Shown one piece after another: positions 39,572 to 53,839 of a stretch of 64,000 bases of DNA (positions are counted from its first letter, which is position 1; every line of letters starts with the position of its first letter). The stretch comes from Octopus vulgaris. Its lineage: Eukaryota. The notes under the pieces are model-generated. The model had not been told where the DNA came from. It saw only the letters and a list, made by a program, of their open reading frames with translations, and did no database searches. A program made the position numbers and the translations under genes. The stretch lies in assembly GCA_951406725.2 (NCBI GenBank), contig OX597834.1:3596001-3660000 (forward strand). The letters run 5' to 3'.

Positions 39572-39631
<60 letters not shown>

Positions 39632-39684
39632 CATCCATCCATCCATCCATCCATCCATCCATCCATCCATCCATCCATCCATCC

Positions 39685-39800
<116 letters not shown>

Positions 39801-40565
39801 GTCTATCTACCGCTGTACCTTTCTAAACTTTTATACTTTTGAAACTTTTGAAACTTTTGAAACTTTTAAACCTTTGAACTTTGGAAATGAAAAAAAAAAA
39901 CAAGTCTTTCTAATTTTCTCAAACGAGGATTTCCAAAGGCTTCCCCATTGCTCACTATTCATATATTTTTTATTTTATTTATATTTTAATATATTTTAAA
40001 AACTTTTTAATATCTTTTTCTCATTTTCCTTTCTTCATTTTCCAGTTTTCTATTTTGTCAATTCTCCACGGTTTTTCTCTCCATTCTTCTACTCCACCAT
40101 CTTTCACCCTTTGCGCTCGGTTTCCCCTTCGATAAACCCCAAGTACAACATCCTCCTTCTACCCGTTCTTTCTCTCCTCCTAGCTCCACTTCACTTCTAT
40201 TAGCATAACACCCCACTCTCACCATCCTACTACGGCATCACCCTGTTACATCTCTCCGTACTAGACCACGACCACCTTGCCCGAGATTCGCCGACATCTT
40301 TTATAAACCTTATTGCCTGAAACATGAAGATAGTCAAGTAAAACACCATTAAACTTTTGTCTCATAATTGTTTCTAATTTAAACCCAAGGCCAACAGGTT
40401 TGAAGTGGTGAATAACATCGACTGACCGCAGGATTTGGGACGGCAGCAGTGGGGAGGGTCAGTTGTGAAAATATTGCCACTTAACAGCATGACATAATAG
40501 AGCACCCTCTCTTCGACCTCTCACCGCTAGGGTTCTCTCTCACACATTCTCTCTCTCTCTGTGTC

Positions 40566-40602
<37 letters not shown>

Positions 40603-40621
40603 GTCTCTGTCTGTCTGTCTG

Positions 40622-40679
<58 letters not shown>

Positions 40680-41460
40680 CACCATATAGCTTTTCGTTTC
40701 CGGTCTCTTATTTTTCTTTAATTCTTTTTACAGCATTTTCCCCAGCGATGGGCATTAAATGGAACGATGCCTGTGTCATTGTTTTTTATGTATAAATGGT
40801 TGAATTTTTGTGTTAACTTTTGATACACGTACGTCATTGATAATAAATTATATATTATATAGGGTAATTATTTTCACTGCTCATTTTCTGAACGACGATA
40901 ATTCAACGAGGAATTACCAGCATTATACAGTTTTTCAGTTAACTTTTTAAATTATGAAGTAACATCTCCTCTAACACCTAATCTGCAATAACCATCAGTT
41001 GCTTTTGCGGATCATTGAAGTCCGGTCGTCGTTTGTTTTCGTTCCTTTGTCTTTAAATAAGAAAGAGATGTGTTTAGTTTTTTTTTAATGTCGCAACAAG
41101 GCTTATTTTAAATAGAAAATACCGATGCCCAAAGCTATAAGGATAAGTACAAAAGCATAACCGACAGCGAAATAATTCTGCATTTATACATAAAGTCTTG
41201 TGAGAATTTCTGTACATTGTACATGACTCAGAGTTTAAAAATGAGTCCAAAATTGAAACAAGTTTTGGCGTGATCTATTCAATGCCAGGTATTTCGCTCA
41301 TCGCACGCAGCTGCTGCATCGGAAAAAAAAGGAAGAAAGATAAAAAGGCGATCGATATAGATCGTAACAAAATATAATAATGTAATCTGTATCAGCTGCT
41401 TCTGTCTATCGACTGTTTTAAGGACTTACAATAAACCAGATAGGAAAAAAACCTTACAGA

Positions 41461-41492
41461 ATGCTCCGACTGGAAAAGTGCTGTCATTACAG
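41461..41492 (+). CDS. Predicted first coding exon of DUF229 paralog 2 (MLRLEKCCHY-R)
   Basis: ATG plus nine further codons, then AG|GTAAGC donor. The phase-2 join to the acceptor at 46384 is in frame with the large ORF. Confidence 0.6.
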
Positions 41493-41899
41493 GTAAGCAA
41501 AAGACAGATATTTCAAATCCCATTCAGTTTTTGCTTTCAATGGTGTGGTAAGTGGGGAAAGGGCAACGCTCACGTAACTTTTCATGGGTTTCAATTTTAT
41601 AGGAGAAAGTTGTCATTAGATTGTTGACATGGAGGAATATTTGCAACTGAGTGGACTTCCTTGAAGATACCTCAGTGCCAGTTTGCGTTTGATTGTGTGA
41701 CGGATAAAGCCTGCCGCCCCATCACATGTGTTCCAGTGTCAGCAGTTTATTGTGTGTAGTATGGAATGGTTTGCGTGAACTTTAAGAGTTGCAGCTGGAT
41801 AGAGTATTATGTATCCCATAAGTCATTGAATCTCGATGTTACACAGGGGTGTGTCGTGTAGTTTCGTTGAATGGTGGGCTGTACGTAACAGTGATATAG

Positions 41900-43900
41900 T
41901 TTGGATTGTATGTAGTATTGTGAACCCTCGTGTGGCCAACATGTTTTTGAACCTATGCTTTCATTGTTTTTAGTACTATTTTATTTTCATGGTCCACATC
42001 CTCTTTAGTCGAAATTGAAAACACGTGCATTTGGATAGTTTATTCGCTTTTTTTCTGTTGAAGATGTAATTTATAACTGGAATGACTATCATAACCAAAT
42101 ATCAAATTACTACTATTAAATTAAAACTTAATATTATCCTGACTTTTCTGTCATATTCTTTCTTGATTTTGTGTCATGATTGTTTGCAGTATTTCATCGG
42201 TTTCCCCCTCCTCTTATTTGCACGCCTGTTTCTTGTTTAATTCTCTGATTTCGATGCCCTACTATAATAATTTTAGTTTGAGTTAAGTTGCCTCTTATTA
42301 TGAAACCTTTGGCTCGGTTCTCTAATCCCAGCTCCTTCTTGCCCTTTGCAAATATCTTCAGGTCATCCATAAAGAAGAGATGGCTTGTCCACAGGGTTGG
42401 TACTCGGCAAAATAGTAAATGGAATATTGATTCTCCTTGCAAGATTCCGTTTCTTATTCGTCTGGTACTCGTATTGATTGTCCCCTTGTAGGGATATTGA
42501 AGTATCCCATCGTAGCATGACATGGTTGATGTATTTCGTTAATGTCGGTGCTGTATGGGTCTGTACAGTATTCTGCTTTGGTTTTGTCATTTCTCTTGTA
42601 TTGAGAGTGCTCTATATAATGTGTGCACGATGCCTCGTAAGGCCATTTTATATTCGCTGTGCATATTTATAAGTCCTGAGGTTTAGGTTATGTAATTCCA
42701 CTTCCTTTATCATTTTTTGTCATATTCTGATGGAGATTGTTTCTGTTTTTATCACTTTATCTCTATAATTTTATGATCTTTATATTTGGATGAAGTTTCC
42801 TCAATTTCTCCATACAGTATCACGTATCTATTATCAAATCGCGACTTTGATTATGAGGCATTTCCCCTGCTCTTCTTAATCACGATATGTGCTCGATTAT
42901 CCTTCATCGTCCTGCCTCTGCTTTAAAAAAAAAAAAGACTCCGCCGGTTACGACGACGAGGGTCCTAGCTGATACGATCAACGGAACAGCTTGCTCGTGA
43001 AATTAACGTGCAAATGGCTGAGCATTCCACAGACACGTGTACCCTTAACGTAGTTCTCGGGGATAATCAGCGTGACACAGAGAGTGACAAGGCTGACCCT
43101 TTGAAATACAAGTACAACTCATTTTTGCCAGCTGAGTGGACTGGAGCAACGTGAAGTAAAGTGTCTTGCTCAAGGAGCCTCTGCTTATTGGCATATCAAA
43201 ACATTTAGTCGCTTTCTCGTTCTCGGAGACGTTTTTTGGTGTATGCTAAATGTAATCATTATTTTCTTTTCTGCCTACCCATGAAACTCCATTTAGCGTC
43301 CTATTGAAATCATTATAACTATTTTCTGTTGGTATTTCATAATGTTGACGTAGCTTCCACAGCCTGTGAATCCTAACTCAGTAACTCTGTGAATGCGCTT
43401 TTTTTTTTTGCTAACACCGAGCAGCCAAAAACAATTTGGTTGATTTTCATTAATTTTCATATCTTCCGCAATCACTTAATGTATTTTATTTTATCAGACG
43501 CTTTGGGCAGTCTCCAGACGGGAGGTTTTGACATTGCGCCGCAATCAAGTATCCCTCACTCACAACTTTATCTTCTGTACTTTTCAGTCAGTGTTGCAAT
43601 TTTTCATTGTCTATTTCTGTCCTGTTCAATATTTTCAAATATTGGCTGTATATGAATTTTCTTGCCATCATTAATTTCATCATGGATTTTAGCCGTTTCA
43701 GAATTTCCGTTGTTGTAAATCTATGATTTCAGCTTCTGTTTCGTATTTTTCAGCTTTTTTTTTTTCATTTTTGTTTTGTATTTCCTCCCTATTTGTGTAA
43801 TTCTACAATGTAAATTATTTACAAGTTTTATGGTTGCACAAGCTCTTACCCGTTATTTTCGTGTCTTTCTATATCAGTTTCAATGAATGTGTTCTAAATG
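41900..43900 (-). mobile_element. Highly decayed RLE-LINE fragments in the predicted intron
   Basis: IRNGILQGES and SHLFFMDDLKIFAK RT motifs at 42194-42523. Boundaries are approximate. Confidence 0.65.
42924..43176 (-). mobile_element. 5'-truncated SINE (third family) with 10-bp TSD
   Basis: GCCTCTGCTT at 42914-42923 and 43177-43186. TCCTTGAGCAAGACACTT CORE-like motif on the minus strand. Confidence 0.8.
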
Positions 43901-43924
43901 CTGTCATTATTTTTCTTGTTCTAG

Positions 43925-44324
43925 GGCGGCGAGCTGGCAGAAACGTTAGCACGCCGGGCGAAATGTGTAGCCGTATTTCGCCTGCCGTTACGTTCTGAGT
44001 TCAAATTCCGCCGAGGTCGACTTTGCCTTTCATCCTTTCGGGGTCGATTAAATAAGTACCAGTTACGCACTGGGGTCGATATAATCGACTTAATCCGTTT
44101 GTTTGTCCTTGTTTGTCCTCTCTGTGTTTAGCCCCTTGTGGGTGGTAAGGAAATAGGTATTTCGTCTGCCGTTACGTTCTGAGTTCAAATTCCACCGAGG
44201 TCGACTTTGCCTTTCATCCTTTCGGGGTCGATTAAATAAGTACCAGTTACGCTCTGGGGACGACGTAATCGCCTATCCCCCTTCCCCATAAAATTTTCAA
44301 GGCCTTGTGTCTAGAGTAGAAATA
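43925..44324 (+). mobile_element. MetaSINE-like SINE dimer with 16-bp TSD
   Basis: ATTATTTTTCTTGTTC at 43906-43921 and 44325-44340. Confidence 0.88.
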
Positions 44325-44378
44325 ATTATTTTTCTTGTTCCTTCTAGTATTAATTGTTCATTTAGCATTCAACTGTAA

Positions 44379-45520
44379 ATGATATATTACTAACTATTAC
44401 TGCCTATAATATATTACTAACTATTACTGCCTATAATATATTACTAACTATTACTGCCTATAATATATTACTAACTATTACTGCCTATAATATATTACTA
44501 ACTATTACTGCCTATGATATATTACTAACTATTACTGCCTATGATATATTACTAACTATTACTGCCTATAATATATTACTAACTATTACTGCCTATAATA
44601 TATTACTAACTATTACTGCCTATGATATATTACTAACTATTACTGCCTATAATATATTACTAACTATTACTGCCTATGATATATTACTAACTATTACTGC
44701 CTATGATATATTACTAACTATTACTGCCTATAATATATTACTAACTATTACTGCCTATGATATATTACTAACTATTACTGCCTATGATATATTACTAACT
44801 ATTACTGCCTATAATATATTACTAACTATTACTGCCTATGATATATTACTAACTATTACTGCCTATGATATATTACTAACTATTACTGCCTATGATATAT
44901 TACTAACTATTACTGCCTATAATATATTACTAACTATTACTGCCTATGATATATTACTAACTATTACTGCCTATAATATATTACTAACTATTACTGCCTA
45001 TGATATATTACTAACTATTACTGCCTATGATATATTACTAACTATTACTGCCTATAATATATTACTAACTATTACTGCCTATGATATATTACTAACTATT
45101 ACTGCCTATAATATATTACTAACTATTACTGCCTATGATATATTACTAACTATTACTGCCTATGATATATTACTAACTATTACTGCCTATAATATATTAC
45201 TAACTATTACTGCCTATGATATATTACTAACTATTACTGCCTATAATATATTACTAACTATTACTGCCTATGATATATTACTAACTATTACTGCCTATAA
45301 TATATTACTAACTATTACTGCCTATGATATATTACTAACTATTACTGCCTATAATATATTACTAACTATTACTGCCTATGATATATTACTAACTATTACT
45401 GCCTATAATATATTACTAACTATTACTGCCTATAATATATTACTAACTATTACTGCCTATAATATATTACTAACTATTACTGCCTATAATATATTACTAA
45501 CTATTACTGCCTATGATATA
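44379..45520. repeat. 27-bp minisatellite, about 42 units, two interspersed variants
   Basis: Unit TGCCTAT(A/G)ATATATTACTAACTATTAC. Confidence 0.97.
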
Positions 45521-45868
45521 GCTGCCTATAATGATCTAATAGATTTTTAATATTCCATAATTTTTCCCTTTCATTTGTGTGTGATGTACACCATCTTCTA
45601 TAGTGATTCATAGATATTTATATGTCTGTGAAAGGTAAAATTCTCATATTTCACTTCCTTTATCTAGATTGATGTTAAGTTTTGTTTCAGTTTTTCTCTT
45701 AAATCCTTGGACTGTCGGTAGAAGTGTTACTAGTCGTTTATACTTTACAGCACATACAAATTAACGCAGAAAGCGCTGGGATTTGCACTTACATAGCATG
45801 GACTGTTGAGCACATTTTATGAAAACAAGACTACCACGCATACATAATAGCTACGGATCCCAGTACGT

Positions 45869-46069
45869 CAGTGCTTTTCAAACTTTTTGCTGGAGCGGAA
45901 CCCCAAGGAAACACTCCACTGGCTCGAGGAACCCCTGTGCAATAATTTAATAGTCTTACGCACACATATCTGCACAAGAGAATTAAAAATTACTGCCGAT
46001 TTTAGCAGTTTTGTAACTTCTTGCGGAACCCCTGGACTGTACTGGCGGAACCCTGGTTGAAAACCCCTG
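45869..46069. mobile_element. hAT-type MITE
   Basis: TIRs CAGTGCTTTTCAA and TTGAAAACCCCTG, with a perfect 8-bp TSD CAGTACGT at 45861-45868 and 46070-46077. Confidence 0.9.
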
Positions 46070-46384
46070 CAGTACGTAACTATTAGGCATTTGTTACTCA
46101 TGAGGCTAAAATGGTTAGATAACTTCAGAGAAATTTTAATGTTTATGTTTAAAGTTAATATAGTAAAATTAATTAGAGTCTCTACCTCAGTTAATGGAAA
46201 TAAGGAAAACATACGGAATAGAAAACAAACCGCATTTTTCAGATGATAGTTGATGCTGAAATACAATGGTTTGAACTTAAATGAATTGTACGTTGTTGAT
46301 TTCTGATTGCATGTATCCGTGTCGATTCTTCATTAGCCTCATTTAAAGCAATGTTATTTTATTTATTTATTTTTTTACTTGCAG

Positions 46385-48449
46385 ATTTCTCTTAAACAAT
46401 TTGTCGTGTCGGTGCCTCCTTCGTCGTTACATATTTTTCTGCATTCTGTTTTGCGGTTTATTGTTGTTGATATATAACTTCCGATGGCAAGGCACTCAAG
46501 GGTTTTCTCAGATGACTTCTCTGATGGTGAAGTCAAATTTTACAGCAATCGGACTTCTAGTAAGCACCAAATTTTGCCATATTCCAGATATAGACCCGTT
46601 TGAATCATCAGTGAAAACGTACTTTAGTGTTAGCTTCTGGAAACCGTGTGCCGAACCTCATTCTCTTACTTATCAAAATGGTTCAATCTTAAGATTAAAC
46701 CATTCGTTAATAAAGTACAAGCACGGAGGAAACTTCAATTGTTGTAAAGTCGTTCCTATTCGTAGACTGGATAAAGATGATCACTCGTTTGAATATCTTC
46801 CTGCAGATACACTCTTTAATAATGACATAAAAATAAAAGACGAATTTATTAAAGTTCAATGCTATGGGCTAAAAAATGACTTGATCTATACAAATTTTCA
46901 TGCTTTTATTCATAAAAAAACCATCAAGCCCAAAGAAAATGTTCTGACCACAAGAATTGAAACAATGTTAACAAAAATTAACAAAAACTCTAAAAAAACA
47001 ACTGTCTCCAGTTTAAAGACTACTCTGAAGGCAACACCGACCACTTCGGTTGTAAAGAACCCCGTTAATATTCTTCTAGTTGGTATTGATTCCATGTCAC
47101 GCTTAAATTTTTTGCGACAAATGCAAATGACACATCGTTATATATTAAAATTGGGTGCCATTGGAATGCTGGGCTACAATAAAGTTGCGGATAATACATT
47201 TGTGAACTTGATCCCTTTACTCACAGGTAAGTATCTAGAAGAGCTTCCATGGAACGAAACTCTGAGTGGATTACCATTAAATAAATACAATTTCCTGTGG
47301 AAGCGATATAAGAATCATGGATTTACTACTTTGTTTGCTGAGGACGACCCTCCTATAGGGACGTTTAATTATCTAAAATTTGGTTTCAAACAACAACCTA
47401 CAGACCATTATTATAGACCATTTGCTCTCGCAATGGAGGAGGAGAAATCCGTCTGGACAAAAGACTGCGTTCGAGATCGAACAGAAACAGGTATAATTCT
47501 CCAATATATTTACGACTTTGCGAGAGTCTACAAGGACTCCCCATATTTTAGTTTATCTTTTATTGGGCGTCTCACCCACGACGACATCAACAAAGCTGGT
47601 CGCTGTGACGCTGAATATTATAAGTTTTTCAAGACGTTAAATGATGAACAGCTTCTTAATAACACCCTTGTTGTGTTTTTTTCTGATCACGGCATCCGAT
47701 TCGGATCATTCCGCAAAACATACGTAGGTCGACTCGAAGAGAGATTGCCTTTCATGTTTATCATCCCACCTCCTTTCTTCAAACATCGCTACCCAAACCT
47801 TTTGAATAACATAAAAATCAATTCTCGCCGTCTCACAACACCATTTGACATTCATGAAACGTTGGTAGATGCCCTCCATATAGAGAAAGCCAATTTGAAA
47901 TATTCTACAGTGCAAAGATATTCTCCCGAAAAAATGAAAAGCATTAGTTTGTTCTCTCGAGTTCCGGAGGAAAGGTCTTGTAAACGTGCAACTATTTTAT
48001 CTCATTGGTGTGCCTGTCATCAGACTACAGCAGTGACCACTAGTGACGATACAGTTATTTATATTGCTGAGCAACTAGTAAAGATGATTAACAATTTAAC
48101 ATCAGAATATAGAAACGTATGCTCGAAAGTTCGGTTGAGTGAAATATCAGAAGCTTCGATGATCAAAGCCAACGATGAGATGATGCGTTTCCAATATAGT
48201 CATCATGATGTTATTGACAGATATGTAGCCTACGGTGACTTAGCAGAACAAAGTTATATCGATTATCAGATCACTATTTCCACATTGCCAGGCAAAGGGC
48301 TGTTCGACGCGACTGTCCGTTATCAAATCAAAGATAAATCATGTACACTTGTTGGTGGCATTAGTCGGACCAATAAATACGGCAGCCATGGAAATTGTAT
48401 TGCGATACCTAAATTACAACCTTTCTGCTATTGTCACAAAAGCAATTAA
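46385..48449 (+). CDS. DUF229-family protein, paralog 2, main coding exon
   Basis: 682-codon ORF with no ATG before the TM helix, preceded by the acceptor ttttttacttgcAG. Motifs LVGIDSMSRLNF, GYNKVADNTFVN, THDD, FSDHG, GRLEERLP and FCYC. Confidence 0.93.
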
Positions 48450-50600
48450 TCTAAAGTGAAGAAAGAAGTATACAAACGCAGAATGCAACAGTAACAGCGT
48501 CAAAAGAATACATTTTACTCTCGTGTGTAGTGATGCTTAATTAGAAAAACAAAGATACTGCAACAATATATTTATTACAAATTATTAAGAATACCTTCAT
48601 ATAAAAACTTAGATTTTAAAACATTTAAAAATGTTTTAAAAGAAATCGACGCTAAGACATAAAACACAACTACAGTTATAAAATACCTTACTAAAGTAAC
48701 TAATCCAAATATGCCAACCAATCAACAAATTACTTTGATAAACTACCAAATGCAATCTTAACATAGACATGCATTGAATGGTCCGCGGGTTGGATTGCAT
48801 CGTAAAGCGCTACATGGCTGTAAAATAATTTAAAACTTAAAATTCAAAAATAAATAGTTATTCAACTTGGTACCACTGACCAATCAAGGAAAATGAGGTA
48901 AAAAAGAAAAAGCCAAAATAACACCTAAGATCAATTGAATACCTTTTTTTAAACGAGGATAAGTATTATCTTTAAAAGAAACGGAAGGAAATTTCGATTT
49001 GCTCATGGTCATGTTCCTCGGCACCAAAATTTGTGAAGCACTTGGTCTATTCTCACTTAGTGAGTTTAAGGTAATAATGTGATCCGTTTAGAGTTGATGG
49101 ACTATAATTAGGAAGAGCACGATCAGATGTACAGTCGAAGAAGTTTTTGAAACATTCAATAAATTCAGATATTAGAAAGTAATACTTAATTTTGCTCAGA
49201 AACACAAATTCTTCTGGAAACTGAATCGTGCTTCATCATTTGTAACCCTCATTGGGTATCTCTCCTTCCATTTTAAGAAATCACTTCCTGATACATCAAA
49301 TTTCCTTTGTTCAGCCAAAGCATTTATTAAGAATGAGTTTCAAGTCTAAACGTAATGCGTTTTCACAATACATACAGTTTATTCAATTGTAAATCTAATT
49401 CTAGATTTTTATAACCAAAGACATGTATACGCGGATGAATACTTTGTATACTGAGTTGATGTTGCCCAAGTAAATACCTTGTTCTACTTCACAGAACACA
49501 TAACAGATCATTCAAAAATCATTTGACAAAACACAAAAACATTCCTAAACCAATACTTCCATCATTACATACATATGACCATGTCCATTTCCTCTCTCTT
49601 TCACTTTATACTGACTTCAAACAAAATGTACATATCCACTCACAAAAATAAATAATTAAAATTTTTTCGTAACAGCTGAGCTGCGCGCATGCGCCTTCGA
49701 GTTAAAACGAAAGATTACCAAAATGGCTAGGCTATTGCCAAAATTTCTAAATGACATTTTAATTATTTTCATTTTTATGATAAAATTGCATTAATACAGA
49801 TGACGTAATTAAACTAATTGCAAATTAGCGGTGTCACTAATAATGTTTTCCTTACGTCAATAATGCTGGTGACGTATATTAAAAGTCCCTTACAGAATTA
49901 TATTCATTAAAAATGTACAGAAAAAAGTATCACCGCCAAATTTGAAAAACAAACACTCATCTTTTTTCTTTTAAAACTTCATTACATGGGATTGATGCCT
50001 TGAAATTCCTCGAATTGAGCTCCATCATTTAAGCTTAATTAAAAAATAGTTTGTTTTTAAAATAAAAAGTTAATTGTTCTTGAATCCAATTTTTTGCCTT
50101 ATATATTTTTTCAGGATATTTTACCTCACAAATTTTTTGATACATGGGATCAAAACTATGAAGTTCGTTTCCATCCTTTTATCACTGAAGCTAAGATAAA
50201 TATATTTTGTTTTTAAAATAAAAAAAAAGTTATATAAATCTAAACTTGATTGGAGGCGTTGCTACAAATTTTGATGTAAACTTATTTCTACCGGACCAAA
50301 TCTCAACTTTTTTAATGCCAAAATGTATTTAGAGACCACTCCTCTTCAAAAATGTTAATAGTTTTCAATTTGGTTAAGAACTGAATTAGCGACAAAGCTC
50401 TGAAGTTGCTGCGTGTGAGTAAATTGCGACCTTAAGAATATTATTCAACTACTACCGTAGCTGAATGATATATAAATAATCATTTTAAATTTGGATATGC
50501 ACCTGGTAGCATATTGTTTAAAGCACGTTCACTGTATTCGGCTACCTGATTTCATAAGTTCCACTGGAATTCCTTCATATCCGTCAAATCTATACGTAGG

Positions 50601-50889
50601 AAAGAAAGAGAAAATAGAATTCACGAAATTCTTTATTAATGACTACGATCGTTTCGACCGTTTCTAATTCAGGCTCTCCCCCTATTTGTCACCAGTTATA
50701 GGCATATAATGAGATACATTCTAATCAAAATAAGCGAAACGGAGATTAAAGTGTGAGGTACTTTTGGCAAGTCACCTGACGAGGCACGTCTGCACCGAAT
50801 GACACACCTGCAAGAAACCGATGTACGATGTGTCGAAACGATCGCAGTGATTGATAAAGTATCTTGTGAATTCCATTTTTCTTTCTTTC
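50601..50889. repeat. Fold-back element with arms of about 58 bp (Penelope-like inverted terminal repeat)
   Basis: aaagaaagagaaaatagaattcac...cgatcgtttcgac pairs with gtcgaaacgatcg...gtgaattccatttttctttctttc. Confidence 0.75.
50771..50851 (+). ncRNA. Hammerhead motif with a mutated cleavage triplet
   Basis: GTCAC-CTGACGA-GGCACGTC...GATGTGTC-GAAA-C(GATC)G-CA-GTGAT. The opposite arm keeps GTA at this position. Confidence 0.65.
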
Positions 50890-50894
50890 ATATG

Positions 50895-50924
<30 letters not shown>

Positions 50925-50927
<3 letters not shown>

Positions 50928-51030
50928 ACAGGCTTCTTTCAGTTTCCGTCTACCAAATCCCATCACAAGGCTTTGATCGGTCCGAGGTTATCGTAGAAGA
51001 CGCTTGCCCAAGGTGCCACGCAGTGGGACT
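50925..51030 (-). mobile_element. CORE-like SINE fragment
   Basis: Homologous to 33220-33320. Confidence 0.75.
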
Positions 51031-51264
51031 ACATATGTTTCATAGCGGGCGAAACCTCGGAAATGGTGAATAACCAAGCGAGGTATACTTCACGCGCTTG
51101 GATAGGTTACTCTTCAAACCAAGGTTATCTTGATTAAAGGCAAGTTTACAATGTTGCAAGGAGGTACATGTTAACACATAGAAGATTCAATCAGAATGTG
51201 TAAAGAGCACAGGAGGAGTGGAGAATATAAATGTGGAGGTTCCGCTCGCTATGAAACATATGTA
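51029..51264. repeat. Inverted repeat with arms of about 30 bp (MITE-like or Penelope-like)
   Basis: ctacatatgtttcatagcgggcgaaacctc pairs with gaggttccgctcgctatgaaacatatgtag. Confidence 0.65.
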
Positions 51265-51353
51265 GGCCCTTCTTTTCTTTGTATTGTCTATCTGGATGCT
51301 TTGTTGTCCCATTATTGTATCACCCAACTGTCCGGATGTTTTGCGTCCTTGTC

Positions 51354-51416
<63 letters not shown>

Positions 51417-51418
51417 AT

Positions 51419-51450
<32 letters not shown>

Positions 51451-51454
51451 ATAT

Positions 51455-51552
<98 letters not shown>

Positions 51553-51570
51553 AATATATATATATATAAT

Positions 51571-51687
<117 letters not shown>

Positions 51688-51704
51688 TATTTTTATTTAT
51701 TTTT

Positions 51705-52078
51705 TCATCTAGTTTCAGCTCACAAGCTGTGGCCATGCTGGGGCACCGCCATTTGGTGTTGCTACAGGATTTTACTTCACGAATGCTTTTTAGCAATTGA
51801 CATTTGGTGCATGAGAGAGTTTGATGCAGCTGCCCTCATCTGGGACACCTGACAGGAAGAGGTCCAGCTTTGTTTTGAAGACACCTACATCCACCCCATA
51901 CAGGTCTCTCAGGTCCTTCGGGAGGATATTGGAGCTGTGGACCTCTGAAGCCCAGGCTATTGCAGTATATTGTCCTACATCTTGATGGCAAATTTGGAGT
52001 CCTTGGCATTATGCAGTGACGCCCGGTTCTAGAATTTGTGTAACTCTCGATGCCAAAGTCTGGGACAAGTCCTTCCAT
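51705..52078 (-). mobile_element. CR1-like LINE 3' fragment
   Basis: [33 protein letters not shown] and a 3' UTR matching 59550-59950. Confidence 0.88.
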
Positions 52079-52166
52079 CCTGATGAGGGGGAGTGTCTGT
52101 CTCATTAAGAATATGAAATTTATATCATATTATCGGACACGTCTCCGAAACGGCCCGTCGATGGAA
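52073..52166 (+). ncRNA. Type I hammerhead ribozyme with canonical core and GUC site
   Basis: TTCCATC-CTGATGA-GGGGGAGTGTCTG...CGGACACGTCTCC-GAAA-CGGCCC-GTC-GATGGAA, with a perfect 7-bp stem I. Confidence 0.85.
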
Positions 52167-52703
52167 CATTATCTTTGTGTATTAGTATGTCATGTTAATG
52201 TGTAATTTCAAATTTTCCACCGGACTCTGTGTATTAACTTGTGAATCTTTATTACCTTATATCTTGTCGTGGGAATTAATAATTATTGTGTGAATTATGA
52301 ATTCAATAAGTCTTATATTATGTTGATGTTTTACATTTTGCCTGTGTATTTATATATATGAGCATTTTTGAATGTTTTTGAATACCTACGAGTTTTATCT
52401 TATACCATATCGACGTTTTATACATATTTTTATATCTATTGGTATATCTATTTATGCATTTATATATTTATAGTGCCAACGTATTTTTTTAAATACTTAA
52501 AAAAATATTTTTAAATATTTGCGTATTTTTAAATATTAAATATCTAAATGTTCATATACTTGTGTGTTTTAGTGCTGTATCATCTGGAACTTTATACTGA
52601 TTTATTAATGTCCAATGAAAGTACAGATATATACTGAAAATTCTATTGACTAATAGGTCATGTTCCTCTAGTTTTCTGGTGGTATACATACATACATACA
52701 TAC

Positions 52704-52810
<107 letters not shown>

Positions 52811-52954
52811 TGCATACACAACATGGGGGTTTAGTTCACAGGTGATCTAAACGACGAGGTACGCTAGGTAAGTGCTGTGACGGATTACTAGGGCTCCAAG
52901 GTCATAGCCGTGACAGGGGTTATGGAACCATTGTAGATTTCCGATATATCGGAT

Positions 52955-53279
<325 letters not shown>

Positions 53280-53308
53280 ATATATATATGTATGTATATA
53301 TATGTACA

Positions 53309-53832
53309 CTAGCAGTATCGCCCGGCGTTGCTCGGGTTTGTAAGGGAAATAACTATATAAGCATTTTTAGAGAGTTATAGCCAAAAAATAGCAAAAAATG
53401 CATTAAAAATGGAAAAAATATGATGGTAAATTTTTTTTTAAATCGTAGACTCATGTAGACGCTTTCTTAGCCATTTCTGTTTTGGTGTCTTCAAGCCATG
53501 AAGTCGTTGTTCTAAAAGAACACTGGTCTCCTTGACAACGCATTACGACGTTGATTTCCTTACACTCCCTTCCCCACAGGTGCAGGTGTGAGCGTGGACG
53601 CCAACTCCGCCGCCATCGACACACGAAAAATTATGCATTAAAATGGAATAAAAAATGATGTTAAATTATTTTTAAAATCGTAGACGCGCGCTAATATTCA
53701 GACGGGCTCGATATGAAGCACGACTATAAGCTACCCGAATTTGGTTAAACTGTACCGCAAAATGTGGGAGTAGTTAGGAATCTAAATCGAAGGGGACAGA
53801 CACTCACACAACTACAGTTTTATATATATAGA
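53309..53832 (-). mobile_element. Non-autonomous Helitron, family A
   Basis: Reverse complement of 8967-9498 type, with TC and CTAG termini. Confidence 0.88.
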
Positions 53833-53839
53833 TATACAT

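Noticed and set aside
49670-50435. Possible DNA transposon remnant ending in TTAA
   Set aside because: I could not identify a matching second terminus or a TSD.
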